DNA of 64,000 bases from a virus: the IMG/VR virus record IMGVR_UViG_3300045988_173816, positions 1-64,000 of that record; one strand, given 5' to 3'. The position numbers and the translations under genes are program-made. The notes beneath the pieces are model-generated. The model saw nothing but the letters and a program-made list of their open reading frames with translations, was not told the origin of the DNA and did no database searches. Position 1 is the stretch's first letter; each line of letters starts with the position of its first letter. Of the stretch, positions 8,747 through 16,611 are shown one piece after another.

Positions 8747-8760
8747 TTTAATAAAATATA

Positions 8761-8831
8761 GCGGAATGGTAGCAGTGGTAGCTCGCTTGGTTCATACCCA
8801 AGAGGTCGCAGGTTCGAGTCCTGTTTCCGCA
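8761..8831 (+). tRNA. tRNA with anticodon CAT (Met or Ile2)
   Basis: Anticodon stem CTTGG/CCAAG with loop TTCATAC; T-loop TTCGAGT; acceptor GCGGAA/TTCCGC. Confidence 0.8.
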
Positions 8832-8866
8832 ATAAAATTATTATTATAACTTTAAAGGAGGATAAA

Positions 8867-9034
8867 ATGGTACGTAGATTGTTCCCAAATCATAAACGAT
8901 ATACTAAAAAGGGTGTTACAGCTTTTTATCATCCTGTTTATAAGTGGGTTCATTTGATTTACCCAGATACGATAGACAATCCCTTTTTAGGAGGGAGTTT
9001 GATTGAGGACTCTATAGATAAGTTTAAACAATAA
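8867..9034 (+). CDS. small ORF (55 aa)
   Basis: Strong RBS AAAGGAGGA 7 nt upstream of the ATG; below the ORF-track cutoff. Confidence 0.65.
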   Translation: MVRRLFPNHKRYTKKGVTAFYHPVYKWVHLIYPDTIDNPFLGGSLIEDSIDKFKQ

Positions 9035-9327
9035 ACAGGCTTGAGGGTATCTAACACCCCTGTAGGTTCCTTGTACGGTTTAAAAGATGATAGAAATGAA
9101 CTAGTTGGTGTGGAAGAGGTGCTTTTGTGAATTCTTCTAGTCAACAAAGTAACAAAGAACCGAGATATTCGGATTATTTGAGTTTAAACACTTTAAACAG
9201 TATGTTTCAATCTATAGCTTCAGTTTCTTATGTTGATTACAGAGTTGTAGCAACTGTTTTACATTTAATTATTGAACTTTGTTTAAAGAAAAGGTGTTCT
9301 CCCACCTATTAAGCGGAGGCGATAAAG

Positions 9328-9860
9328 ATTGTCCTAAATAAGACAATTAAACTGTTTCATTATGTAACTTAAATCTAATGGTAAAACCATTATTATCGAG
9401 CTTTGCTTGTAAATTTTGCCACTTGCCGATGAGGTGGGATATAAATGATTCGGTTCGTGAAATTTTGCCACATACTAGGTTGTGGGATATAAATAATCTA
9501 GTTTGTAAAAAAAATTGCCCTAAATAAGACAACTAAACTGTTTCGTTAAGTAAAACGTTAAACCAACGGAGATACCATTACCGTCAAGCTTTGCTTGTAA
9601 AGTTGGCAATTAAATCGACCTGAGTAAGTCACCTTAACTGCTCTAGGTGATACCATACCTTTGTACTTAGATACATAAAGTTGGCAAAAATTTGTCCTAA
9701 ACACGACATTAAACTATTTCGTCTCTTAGACGTTAAACGAGCGTTGACTTTAGGTAGCTACCTCACGGTTATCTAAACGAGCTTCTGATTAGGGTTTTCG
9801 GTATACACCGCGGGTGGGGATTCAAAACCGAAGTTTACTTGTAGTTGATTTGTAAATTTG
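9328..9860 (+). ncRNA. Three tandem units of about 180 nt, each opening with the box (A/T)TTG(T/C)CCTAAA(T/C)A(A/C)GACA-N-TAAACT(G/A)TTTC (orphan guide-RNA-scaffold-like units)
   Basis: Unit starts at 9328, 9514 and 9691. The same box follows the stop codon of the TnpB/Cas12-like ORF at 15951. Units A and B also share AGCTTTGCTTGTAAA. No credible ORF. Confidence 0.55.
9792..9833 (+). ncRNA. Hairpin GGTTTT/AAAACC with loop core CCGCGGGTGGGGA
   Basis: Same stem and loop core as 10301-10332; loop core shared with 10171-10213. Confidence 0.45.
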
Positions 9861-10072
9861 ATATAACATGGCCCCCTGTCTAACATAGTCATTTATGGAA
9901 AACGTGTTAAGAACTTCTAACTGCTTGTTCCCTGCTTTGTCAAAATAACTTTTAGGGGAGAACACATTTGCAAAATTGAAATTATAAGTAAATAATTTTA
10001 TGGTGTAGTCCAGTCGCGCTTAGCGATTGGTGCAAAAGAAAGGTCGTGCGCAAGACTAATCTGCTACACATA

Positions 10073-10145
10073 GCCGATCTAGCTCAGTTGGTAGAGCCTC
10101 TGATTTGTAATCAGACGGTCAACGGTTCGAATCCGTTAATCGGCA
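10073..10145 (+). tRNA. tRNA-Thr (anticodon TGT)
   Basis: GCCGATC-TA-GCTC-AGTTGGTA-GAGC D-arm, anticodon stem TCTGA/TCAGA with loop TTTGTAA, T-arm AACGG-TTCGAAT-CCGTT. Confidence 0.85.
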
Positions 10146-10170
10146 TGGAGCATAGCTCCCAAGTATACTT

Positions 10171-10213
10171 GGTAGGTCTGTACATCCCCGCGGTTGGGAA
10201 GATACAGACCTAC
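10171..10213 (+). ncRNA. 11-bp hairpin with loop core CCCGCGGTTGGGA
   Basis: GGTAGGTCTGTA/TACAGACCTAC stem; loop related to those at 9792 and 10301. Confidence 0.45.
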
Positions 10214-10300
10214 TTACTTACTTAGACTGTTACCTATAGTATGGTCAAGCGTTATAAAGTTTTTAGACTACCCACAGGTCTAATTACAAGCTTTGTTTAG

Positions 10301-10332
10301 GGTTTTCGGTGAAGACCTCGTTGGGGAAAACC
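10301..10332 (+). ncRNA. Hairpin GGTTTT/AAAACC with loop core CCTCGTTGGGGA
   Basis: Near-copy of 9792-9833. Confidence 0.45.
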
Positions 10333-10426
10333 GAGTTTTGTCAGATAAGAGACATTAAATCTTATCGAGTGAATGTGCGGAAGATAAAATCTTTCGCATT
10401 TTTGATAGAAAGGGAGTGGTTTCACA

Positions 10427-10573
10427 ATGTACAAAGAAGTTGTTTTAGATGAGTCTATTTTGGACTTAGAATCTTGGTTGCCACAATCTACAATAGATGA
10501 GGTTGCTGCTTTAATTTTATATTTAGAATCACAGGAAGAAAACACTCAGTCGGTATCCTCAACAAACCTTTGA
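10427..10573 (+). CDS. small acidic ORF (48 aa, MYKEVVLDESILDLESW...)
   Basis: RBS AAGGGAGTGG upstream; below the ORF-track cutoff; the track only shows an antisense ORF here. Confidence 0.55.
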   Translation: MYKEVVLDESILDLESWLPQSTIDEVAALILYLESQEENTQSVSSTNL

Positions 10574-10598
10574 TTTTTCAAGGTTTTTATGTTATACT
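10570..10598 (+). promoter_or_regulatory. sigma-70-type promoter overlapping a terminator-like hairpin
   Basis: TTGATT, 17 nt, TGTTATACT; hairpin CCTTTGA/TCAAGG spans the -35. Confidence 0.6.
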
Positions 10599-10635
10599 TA
10601 ATTTAAATTTTAGAAACACAAAGAGAGAAAGAAAG

Positions 10636-11382
10636 ATGATAAAGAAAATAATGAGTCAGTCACTTACTGGTACAAACCACGACAATGAAGACATTTATAA
10701 AGTCTATAAGAACTATGTTTGGGTTATGGATGGTGCTACAGATTTATTTGATACACCTAGTAAGTATGGGTTTTCGGTATCCCAAGTCATGCAAACTTTA
10801 AATCAAGCTTTACCTAAAGAATGTAAAGCTTATAAAGGGTTGAAAGACATTTTAGCTTCTGCAATCTCACAAGTGCAAGCTACATATTTATCCTCTGATT
10901 TAATTTATGATTACTCTGAGTTACCAACTTTTGCTTTTATGTTTGGTCGCTTTATTGGAGATATTTTTGAGTATATTTACTTAGGAGATTGTTATTTAGT
11001 GGTAAATCAAGTAGATTTGATTACAGATAATTCCTTTGCTCCTTTTGTACAAGCAAATAGAGAAGAAATTGCTCACTTAAAGACTCTCAGCGATATTGAT
11101 TTAGAGTTTGAGGTTAGAGAAGTTTATAAACGAACTCGCCACTTAGCAAACCATCCTCAAGGGTATCGAATTGGGAGTCTCGATCCAGAGTGTGCTTATT
11201 TGAGTAATCAAGGTTATTTCCCTTATAATGGTCAAGAGTTGATGTTTATGACAGATGGTTTTTACAATATGTTTTCCAAGTTTGGTTCTATAAGTCGAAC
11301 ACTTTACGAAATTCAAAACTTGCATTTAGAAGGTTCAGTTAAACTAGACGATGCAACCGTTGTAGTAGTGAGAGGGAGTTAA
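10636..11382 (+). CDS. PP2C-like protein phosphatase domain protein
   Basis: GTNHDNEDIY...VMDGATDLF near the N-term and DDATVVVV at the C-term; start moved to the ATG at 10636 behind RBS AGAGAGAAAGAAAG. Confidence 0.5.
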   Translation: MIKKIMSQSLTGTNHDNEDIYKVYKNYVWVMDGATDLFDTPSKYGFSVSQVMQTLNQALPKECKAYKGLKDILASAISQVQATYLSSDLIYDYSELPTFAFMFGRFIGDIFEYIYLGDCYLVVNQVDLITDNSFAPFVQANREEIAHLKTLSDIDLEFEVREVYKRTRHLANHPQGYRIGSLDPECAYLSNQGYFPYNGQELMFMTDGFYNMFSKFGSISRTLYEIQNLHLEGSVKLDDATVVVVRGS

Positions 11383-11383
11383 G

Positions 11384-12118
11384 TTGTTTATTCCTTTTCA
11401 AGAGGGGTATTCTATTTCATATGTACCCTCTACATATACTCCTTACTTCTCTAATGAGTTTCAACAAGATTATATTTCTAGTAATTATCCAACTGCCTTT
11501 AATGGTTCTACTGTTCGGTTAGAAAATATAGACAGACATGAGAGTGGTGCAGTTTCCTTAACTTGTTCACCTTTAGACTTTTACTCATTTCTAATAAGTA
11601 ATTTATTAGTAACTCCTACAGAGATAACTTCAGACACCTTTGAAAACTATCTTACTTGTTCCTATTTAGCGAATGTGATAGCAGTAAGTGTTTTGATATA
11701 TGACTCAAAATCCGTGTTGTTAACTAAACGAAGTGCGACTGTTTCTATTAGTCCAAACTCAGTAGGGGTATCCGTCACAGGTGGAGTTACTTTAAATGAC
11801 CTAAGATCATCTGATTGTTTGCGCTCTGCAGTTCAAATTGAGGTAAAAGAAGAGTTAGGTTTGTCTGTTTCTTTTGCAGATATAATAGTTTCAGGTCTTT
11901 ATATCAGTAAAGATAAACTTCAACCTGTTGCAATTTGTTTTGTTAAGGTGTCTGACATAAGGTCATTATGTTTGTGCGGTGAGGATATTGAGTTTGAGGT
12001 GCAGTCTTTTGAATTTGTGTCTTTTCACGCTTTATCTAAACTAGATTTAACCTCATCTACGGACACTACACAGTTTCACTTGAATTATTTTATTTCTGAG
12101 GTTGTTCCCACTCCCTAG
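11384..12118 (+). CDS. Nudix-like hydrolase (degenerate Nudix box)
   Basis: GGVTLNDLRSSDCLRSAVQIEVKEELGL resembles GX5EX7REUXEEXGU with R replaced by I; TTG start abutting the upstream stop. Confidence 0.4.
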   Translation: MFIPFQEGYSISYVPSTYTPYFSNEFQQDYISSNYPTAFNGSTVRLENIDRHESGAVSLTCSPLDFYSFLISNLLVTPTEITSDTFENYLTCSYLANVIAVSVLIYDSKSVLLTKRSATVSISPNSVGVSVTGGVTLNDLRSSDCLRSAVQIEVKEELGLSVSFADIIVSGLYISKDKLQPVAICFVKVSDIRSLCLCGEDIEFEVQSFEFVSFHALSKLDLTSSTDTTQFHLNYFISEVVPTP

Positions 12119-12140
12119 TTGAAACAAACTAACTAAAACC

Positions 12141-12169
12141 TTGACTTTTCAAGGTTTTTATGGTATAAT
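12141..12169 (+). promoter_or_regulatory. sigma-70-type promoter whose -35 lies inside terminator hairpin 12137-12159
   Basis: TTGACT, 17 nt, TGGTATAAT; hairpin AACCTTGA-CTTT-TCAAGGTT plus T-run. Confidence 0.75.
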
Positions 12170-12201
12170 TAAGAAAATTAACTTGGAAAGAAGTAAAGAA
12201 A

Positions 12202-12882
12202 ATGAAACTTACTAAGAAAATGGAACATGATTACCAAACTTACTTAGATCAGTTTGGTTCGCAAACAACTGTAGATGAGTATAAGCACCTTATACGAAAG
12301 TGCAATCCGAATGCTTTGTCTGATAGCTTAACTCATTATTTAAAACGTTTCTTCTTCGATATTGTAGAGGTTTCTGTTTCAGAAGACAAACTTAAAGTTG
12401 TAGTAAAGGATAGAGGAGAAGTAGAGCTAGGAGTGATTACTAGCCACTACGCAAACTTTCCTATGCTATACTCGGTATCCACACATGATGCAGTCAAATT
12501 GTTGTCTCACATTTGGTACAGTTTTGAAGATGGTTTTGATTTAGCTTGTCTGACTGGGTATTGGGATTACCCGGAGAAGTTTGAGGGTAGTGATGTTCTT
12601 CAGTTTGAACAACCTATTCCTCAAATCACCTCGGTTCAATTCAGAACTTCGATTGAAGAGGTTTTTATTACAAATAAAAGTGCAGGAAAACGAGTTTACC
12701 TAGAAAAGTTAGAGCATTTGCATGAGTTAAGTAAAGTTTTAGATTGGTTGTCTTGTTCTAACTATGTAGAACTTCCCAATTCCGATTGGGTATCCTCACT
12801 AGAAGTTTTACCTTACACATCTGAGTCTACGATTAACACTCAAGTTTGTGTTCGTCCATTTATTGAGGTGAAGGTCATTTAA
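12202..12882 (+). CDS. hypothetical protein (226 aa)
   Basis: ORF track. Confidence 0.7.
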   Translation: MKLTKKMEHDYQTYLDQFGSQTTVDEYKHLIRKCNPNALSDSLTHYLKRFFFDIVEVSVSEDKLKVVVKDRGEVELGVITSHYANFPMLYSVSTHDAVKLLSHIWYSFEDGFDLACLTGYWDYPEKFEGSDVLQFEQPIPQITSVQFRTSIEEVFITNKSAGKRVYLEKLEHLHELSKVLDWLSCSNYVELPNSDWVSSLEVLPYTSESTINTQVCVRPFIEVKVI

Positions 12883-12884
12883 CT

Positions 12885-13235
12885 ATGGTCAAGTTATATA
12901 ATACACAAACAGTAGGTGTTCGTTACTTTTCTGATAAAATTGTTGAGCAAAATGAAGTCACTCTTGAAAATCCAACCTCAAATTGTAAAATTGTTAAAAT
13001 AAAAGCAGACAGGATTTGTAAAGACTGTGAAGCAGTTATTCCAAAGGGTACAAGATGTTATACTTTCAATCCTAGGTTGAAATCTCGCTATTGGGATTGT
13101 TTTGATTGTCTTCCAGAACCGGACCAGATGGTTGAGAGGGAAGTTGGGGTAGTAACTAGTAGTGACCATTTACTTTATTACTCCGACCGTTTCGGTAGAT
13201 TGGGTCAGCGTGTTTCAAAAAAAGCAAGCTACTAG
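12885..13235 (+). CDS. zinc-ribbon-like protein (116 aa)
   Basis: CKDC...CYTF...CFDC cysteine pairs; RBS GAGGTGAAGG; an A7 run sits just before the stop. Confidence 0.65.
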   Translation: MVKLYNTQTVGVRYFSDKIVEQNEVTLENPTSNCKIVKIKADRICKDCEAVIPKGTRCYTFNPRLKSRYWDCFDCLPEPDQMVEREVGVVTSSDHLLYYSDRFGRLGQRVSKKASY

Positions 13236-13438
13236 AGAAGAGATAAAGCACTTTTATTCTGTAAAAGAAGAAGTGGAAGAAGAGTCTTTATTTGGCTTGC
13301 ATTTTGATGATTATTAAACCGAGGGGTATCTTAAAATTTCCTTGTTTATTTGTATAATAGCTTTTGCAAATGAGATAGAGTCATTTATTCGAAATAAAAT
13401 GATTGAAATTTAAAAATTAGAGAAAGGATTGGTAAATT

Positions 13439-14287
13439 ATGTCTTATATCAAACCACCCACTAAAGAGGAAAAAGCAGCTTATTTGGAGAAATTTCAAAC
13501 TGTATTTTTGTTTACTTTTTTAGCTTCAGTTTTTGTAGTTTTACTTTTTGTTTTAGGTTATTTATTGTATCGTCACGCGGATACAATAAATTATATAGGT
13601 TTACCATTATTGATGGTAGTTATTCTTTCGGGAGTTATAGGTTCCACTTATGTTGAAGTTTATGAAAATTGGAATGTGATTTACAATCGCCATAGAGTAG
13701 GACATTATGCTTACTACATGAACTCCATATTCGTAGCCTTATTTATGACTGTGGTATCCTTTGGTTCTTACTTTGCTTTACCTCTAGTTGGTGTGCAGGT
13801 ATTAAACCCATACTTGTTATCTTTTATCTCTATAGTCTTGACTACTATATTTACTTTGTACTACATATTTAAAGTAAAGAAAGACAAACCTCCTTTACCT
13901 TCTTTGACTACAGAAGAGAGTGAAGCTAGAGAGTTTTTAAAAGACCTTTATTACAGAAAACTTGGCTTAAACAGTTCACTTAATGGTACAGAGTACCTTT
14001 TACTATCTGATAATTATTCTAGGTTAGGTTGTCTTGATTATTACATCAATTACGGAGTATTTAATCTCTCGCAAGTTGCTGAGTGGGTAGAACATTTAGA
14101 GAATAATGAGATAACAGTAAGTACGCTCTTTGTTCAAATGGATCAACTTAATAAAGAGCATAACAAAGAGAAGTGCAAAGAAGTGTATGAAAAAGCCAGT
14201 GATTTACTGAGTTACTGGAGAGAGCTACCAGCACTTATGAGAGATTCTAAAAGACTTAGAAGTAGACTTCAACGTTATTTAGACTAG
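13439..14287 (+). CDS. membrane protein (about 4 TM helices) with charged C-terminal domain
   Basis: Hydrophobic segments FLFTFLASVFVVLLFVLGYLL, LPLLMVVILSGVIGS, FVALFMTVVSFGSYF and LLSFISIVLTTIFTLYYIF. Confidence 0.7.
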   Translation: MSYIKPPTKEEKAAYLEKFQTVFLFTFLASVFVVLLFVLGYLLYRHADTINYIGLPLLMVVILSGVIGSTYVEVYENWNVIYNRHRVGHYAYYMNSIFVALFMTVVSFGSYFALPLVGVQVLNPYLLSFISIVLTTIFTLYYIFKVKKDKPPLPSLTTEESEAREFLKDLYYRKLGLNSSLNGTEYLLLSDNYSRLGCLDYYINYGVFNLSQVAEWVEHLENNEITVSTLFVQMDQLNKEHNKEKCKEVYEKASDLLSYWRELPALMRDSKRLRSRLQRYLD

Positions 14288-14435
14288 TTAGTTGCTTAAA
14301 ACAAACACCTTTGAAGAAATAGTGCTTGTTTCTCTTTACGTACACTTAAGGTTAATTTCGGTATCCTACTTTTAGGTTATTTCTTTGCACTTTCAATACT
14401 TTTTAATAAGTTTTTCAAATTTAGCTAATTTTTTA

Positions 14436-14464
14436 TTGACAAAATTTACCTAATGTAGTAAAAT
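14436..14464 (+). promoter_or_regulatory. sigma-70-type promoter
   Basis: TTGACA, 17 nt, TAAAAT. Confidence 0.55.
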
Positions 14465-14499
14465 AAATACAGTTAAAACTTGAAAGGAGGTCTCTTCAC

Positions 14500-15948
14500 A
14501 TGGAGAAAGGTAAACAAATCTTTATCTATACGCGTAAACTAAATGCAAATAAGTCTCATAAAGAGCAGTTTGCAAAACGTTTCCATATGGCAGAAGATAT
14601 TTATAAGAAAACGCTGATTACATTGTTAAAGCGTTACTCCAAGATGAAGAAAGACCCCCTGTACAAGAGAGCTTACAAGTTCCCTAAAGGAAAAGAGCGT
14701 AATGCGATTTTGAAAGATTTAGGGGTTAAGTACGACCTTGTAGGTAAGTTCACGGCAGGTAAGATTGCTAATGATTACCGTAATGCTCGTAATTACAGTG
14801 ATTATATTCCCTCTGATACTGCTGTTCGATTAGGACATAGAGCTTGGGGTGCTTTTAGCAAAGTTAGGTTTGCTAAAGGTGCGGATAAAGTAAATCTTAA
14901 AGGTACGTTGATTTCATTTGAGGGTAGTAGAGATATAGGAATTAGCGTAAAAGGTAATGTTTTCACTATTTCTACTCGCAAAAAGAAAGTTTCATGTACT
15001 ATTCGTAACGAAAATGATGATTTTGAAGAAGAAGTCTTGCGTAATACATTGAAGTACAATCGTCTCGTTCGTAGGTTTGAGTTTGGAGAGTGGAATTATT
15101 ATGTACAATCTATTTTTGAAGGAACTCTCCCAACAAAGTACACTTCCGAACTTGAAGGTTCTGTAGGGATTGATATTGGTATATCAACCATTGCGGTATC
15201 TTCTTATTACCAAACAGAGTTAGAAGAACTAGCTAAAGATGTAACTTTGGATCAACAAGAGGTTACTCGTTTAAGTCGCAAACTTGACCGTCAACGACGA
15301 GCAAATAACCCTCATAAATACAATGAAGATGGTACTATTAAATGTGGTGTTTGTCAACCTTGGGTTGACTCTAAAGAGTATTTGAAAACCAAAGCAGAAC
15401 TTTCTGAGTTACACCGTAAATCAAAAGAACAGCGTAAATTGGCTCATAAAACTCTAGCTAACAGAATCGTCCGTATGGGTTCTACTTTTGTGGTTGAGCA
15501 GATATCCTTTAAAGAATTACAAGCTCGCACTAAGGAAACAAAAATCAATGAACATACTGGTAAATTTCAATCTAAGAAACGCTTTGGTAAAACTATTTTA
15601 CACAAAGCACCAGCTATGTTGATTGAGCAAATTCGTTATAAAACCATGTATCAAGGTAAAACTTTCATTCTTGCAAATACCAGAGAAGTAAAGGCTTCTC
15701 AGCTAAATCATTTAACTGAAGAGTACACAAAACCTTCTTCAAGTACACGTGTGAAGATGATTGGTGATGATTTAGTTCAACGTAACTTATACTCTGCTTA
15801 TTTACTTCAGCATGTAGGGTTAGATGGTGTAACAGTAGACATTAAGGGATGTAAATCAGATTTTGACACATTTTTACGCAATCAAGAGTTTACAATGTCT
15901 CAACTAACTACAGATTTAAAATCTATAGGTAAAGAATACTTTAATTAA
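14500..15948 (+). CDS. TnpB/Cas12-like RNA-guided-nuclease homolog (482 aa) without zinc-ribbon cysteines; third RuvC acidic residue apparently Asn
   Basis: RuvC-I VGIDIGISTIAV and RuvC-II FVVEQISFKEL present. TnpB-typical RRANNPHKYNEDGTIKCG present. The C-terminal motif reads DDLVQRNLYSAYLL where TnpBs carry (R/A)DxNAAxNI. No CxxC pairs. Strong RBS GAAAGGAGG. Confidence 0.7.
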   Translation: MEKGKQIFIYTRKLNANKSHKEQFAKRFHMAEDIYKKTLITLLKRYSKMKKDPLYKRAYKFPKGKERNAILKDLGVKYDLVGKFTAGKIANDYRNARNYSDYIPSDTAVRLGHRAWGAFSKVRFAKGADKVNLKGTLISFEGSRDIGISVKGNVFTISTRKKKVSCTIRNENDDFEEEVLRNTLKYNRLVRRFEFGEWNYYVQSIFEGTLPTKYTSELEGSVGIDIGISTIAVSSYYQTELEELAKDVTLDQQEVTRLSRKLDRQRRANNPHKYNEDGTIKCGVCQPWVDSKEYLKTKAELSELHRKSKEQRKLAHKTLANRIVRMGSTFVVEQISFKELQARTKETKINEHTGKFQSKKRFGKTILHKAPAMLIEQIRYKTMYQGKTFILANTREVKASQLNHLTEEYTKPSSSTRVKMIGDDLVQRNLYSAYLLQHVGLDGVTVDIKGCKSDFDTFLRNQEFTMSQLTTDLKSIGKEYFN

Positions 15949-15950
15949 AA

Positions 15951-16198
15951 ACTTGTCCTAAATAAGACTTTAAACTGTTTCGGAGTTAATTTGGAGACTT
16001 CGTGAGGAGGTCGTTAATTCAAACACAGGTTTGATTGACTTCTGAGTGACTAGGTGTTTATTCTTGACTCAAAAAAGCAATGTACATAAGAGGTAACTCT
16101 CACTTGAGGGGTATCCAGTAGTAACTTCTGAGTAGACAATAACATTTATGTTGCAGCTTTGTCTAATAGATAGGTTCATTAAAAAACTAAATATTCGA
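15951..16198 (+). ncRNA. Putative guide-RNA scaffold or leader between the TnpB/Cas12-like ORF and its array
   Basis: Starts 3 nt after the stop with the box CTTGTCCTAAATAAGACTTTAAACTGTTTCG, also found 3 times at 9.3-9.7 kb; no ORF. Confidence 0.45.
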
Positions 16199-16433
16199 GG
16201 TTTTGGTACTTATTTGAACATCAAGTTTCCAAAGGTACTAGATGCTGAGTTATTGAGGTGAGGAATTTTTGATATCTGTTTGAACGTCAAGTTTCCAAAG
16301 GACATCGTAATTAACAAGTATGATTTGTCATGTTTGGGTACCTATTTGAAACTCAAGCTTCCAAAGGATATCTTTTTCTTTTTCATTATACTTTATTGGT
16401 TTGGCACCTTCTTAATTTAATACAGTTTCAAAG
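16199..16433 (+). CRISPR. Mini CRISPR-like array 1: three 37-nt repeats plus a degenerate fourth, 29-nt spacers, 66-nt period
   Basis: Repeats at 16199-16235, 16265-16301, 16331-16367 and a degenerate one at 16397-16433. The 3' halves are nearly identical (TTTGAACATCAAGTTTCCAAAGG); the 5' halves diverge (GGTTTTGGTACTTA versus ATTTTTGATATCTG). Confidence 0.65.
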
Positions 16434-16551
16434 ACGTGTGAGCAAATTATATAAGGTTTGGTAATACTATGTTTATCAAGGATTTATAACCTATATATAA
16501 GGGAAATTTTGATTTAGATTTAATAGAACACTTACTTTAAGTGTTTTTTTT

Positions 16552-16580
16552 TTGACTTTTTATAAGTTTTTTGATATAAT
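16552..16580 (+). promoter_or_regulatory. sigma-70-type promoter just after a terminator
   Basis: TTGACT, 17 nt, TGATATAAT; preceded by hairpin AACACTTA/TAAGTGTT plus T9. Confidence 0.75.
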
Positions 16581-16611
16581 AAAGAAAATAAATGAAAGAG
16601 AAGTTTAAAAT

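Noticed and set aside
9127-9532. Track ORFs 9127-9312 (+) and 9347-9532 (-)
   Set aside because: They lie in the repeat-rich noncoding island. 9127 has a GTG start without an RBS, and 9347-9532 is antisense to the tandem RNA units.
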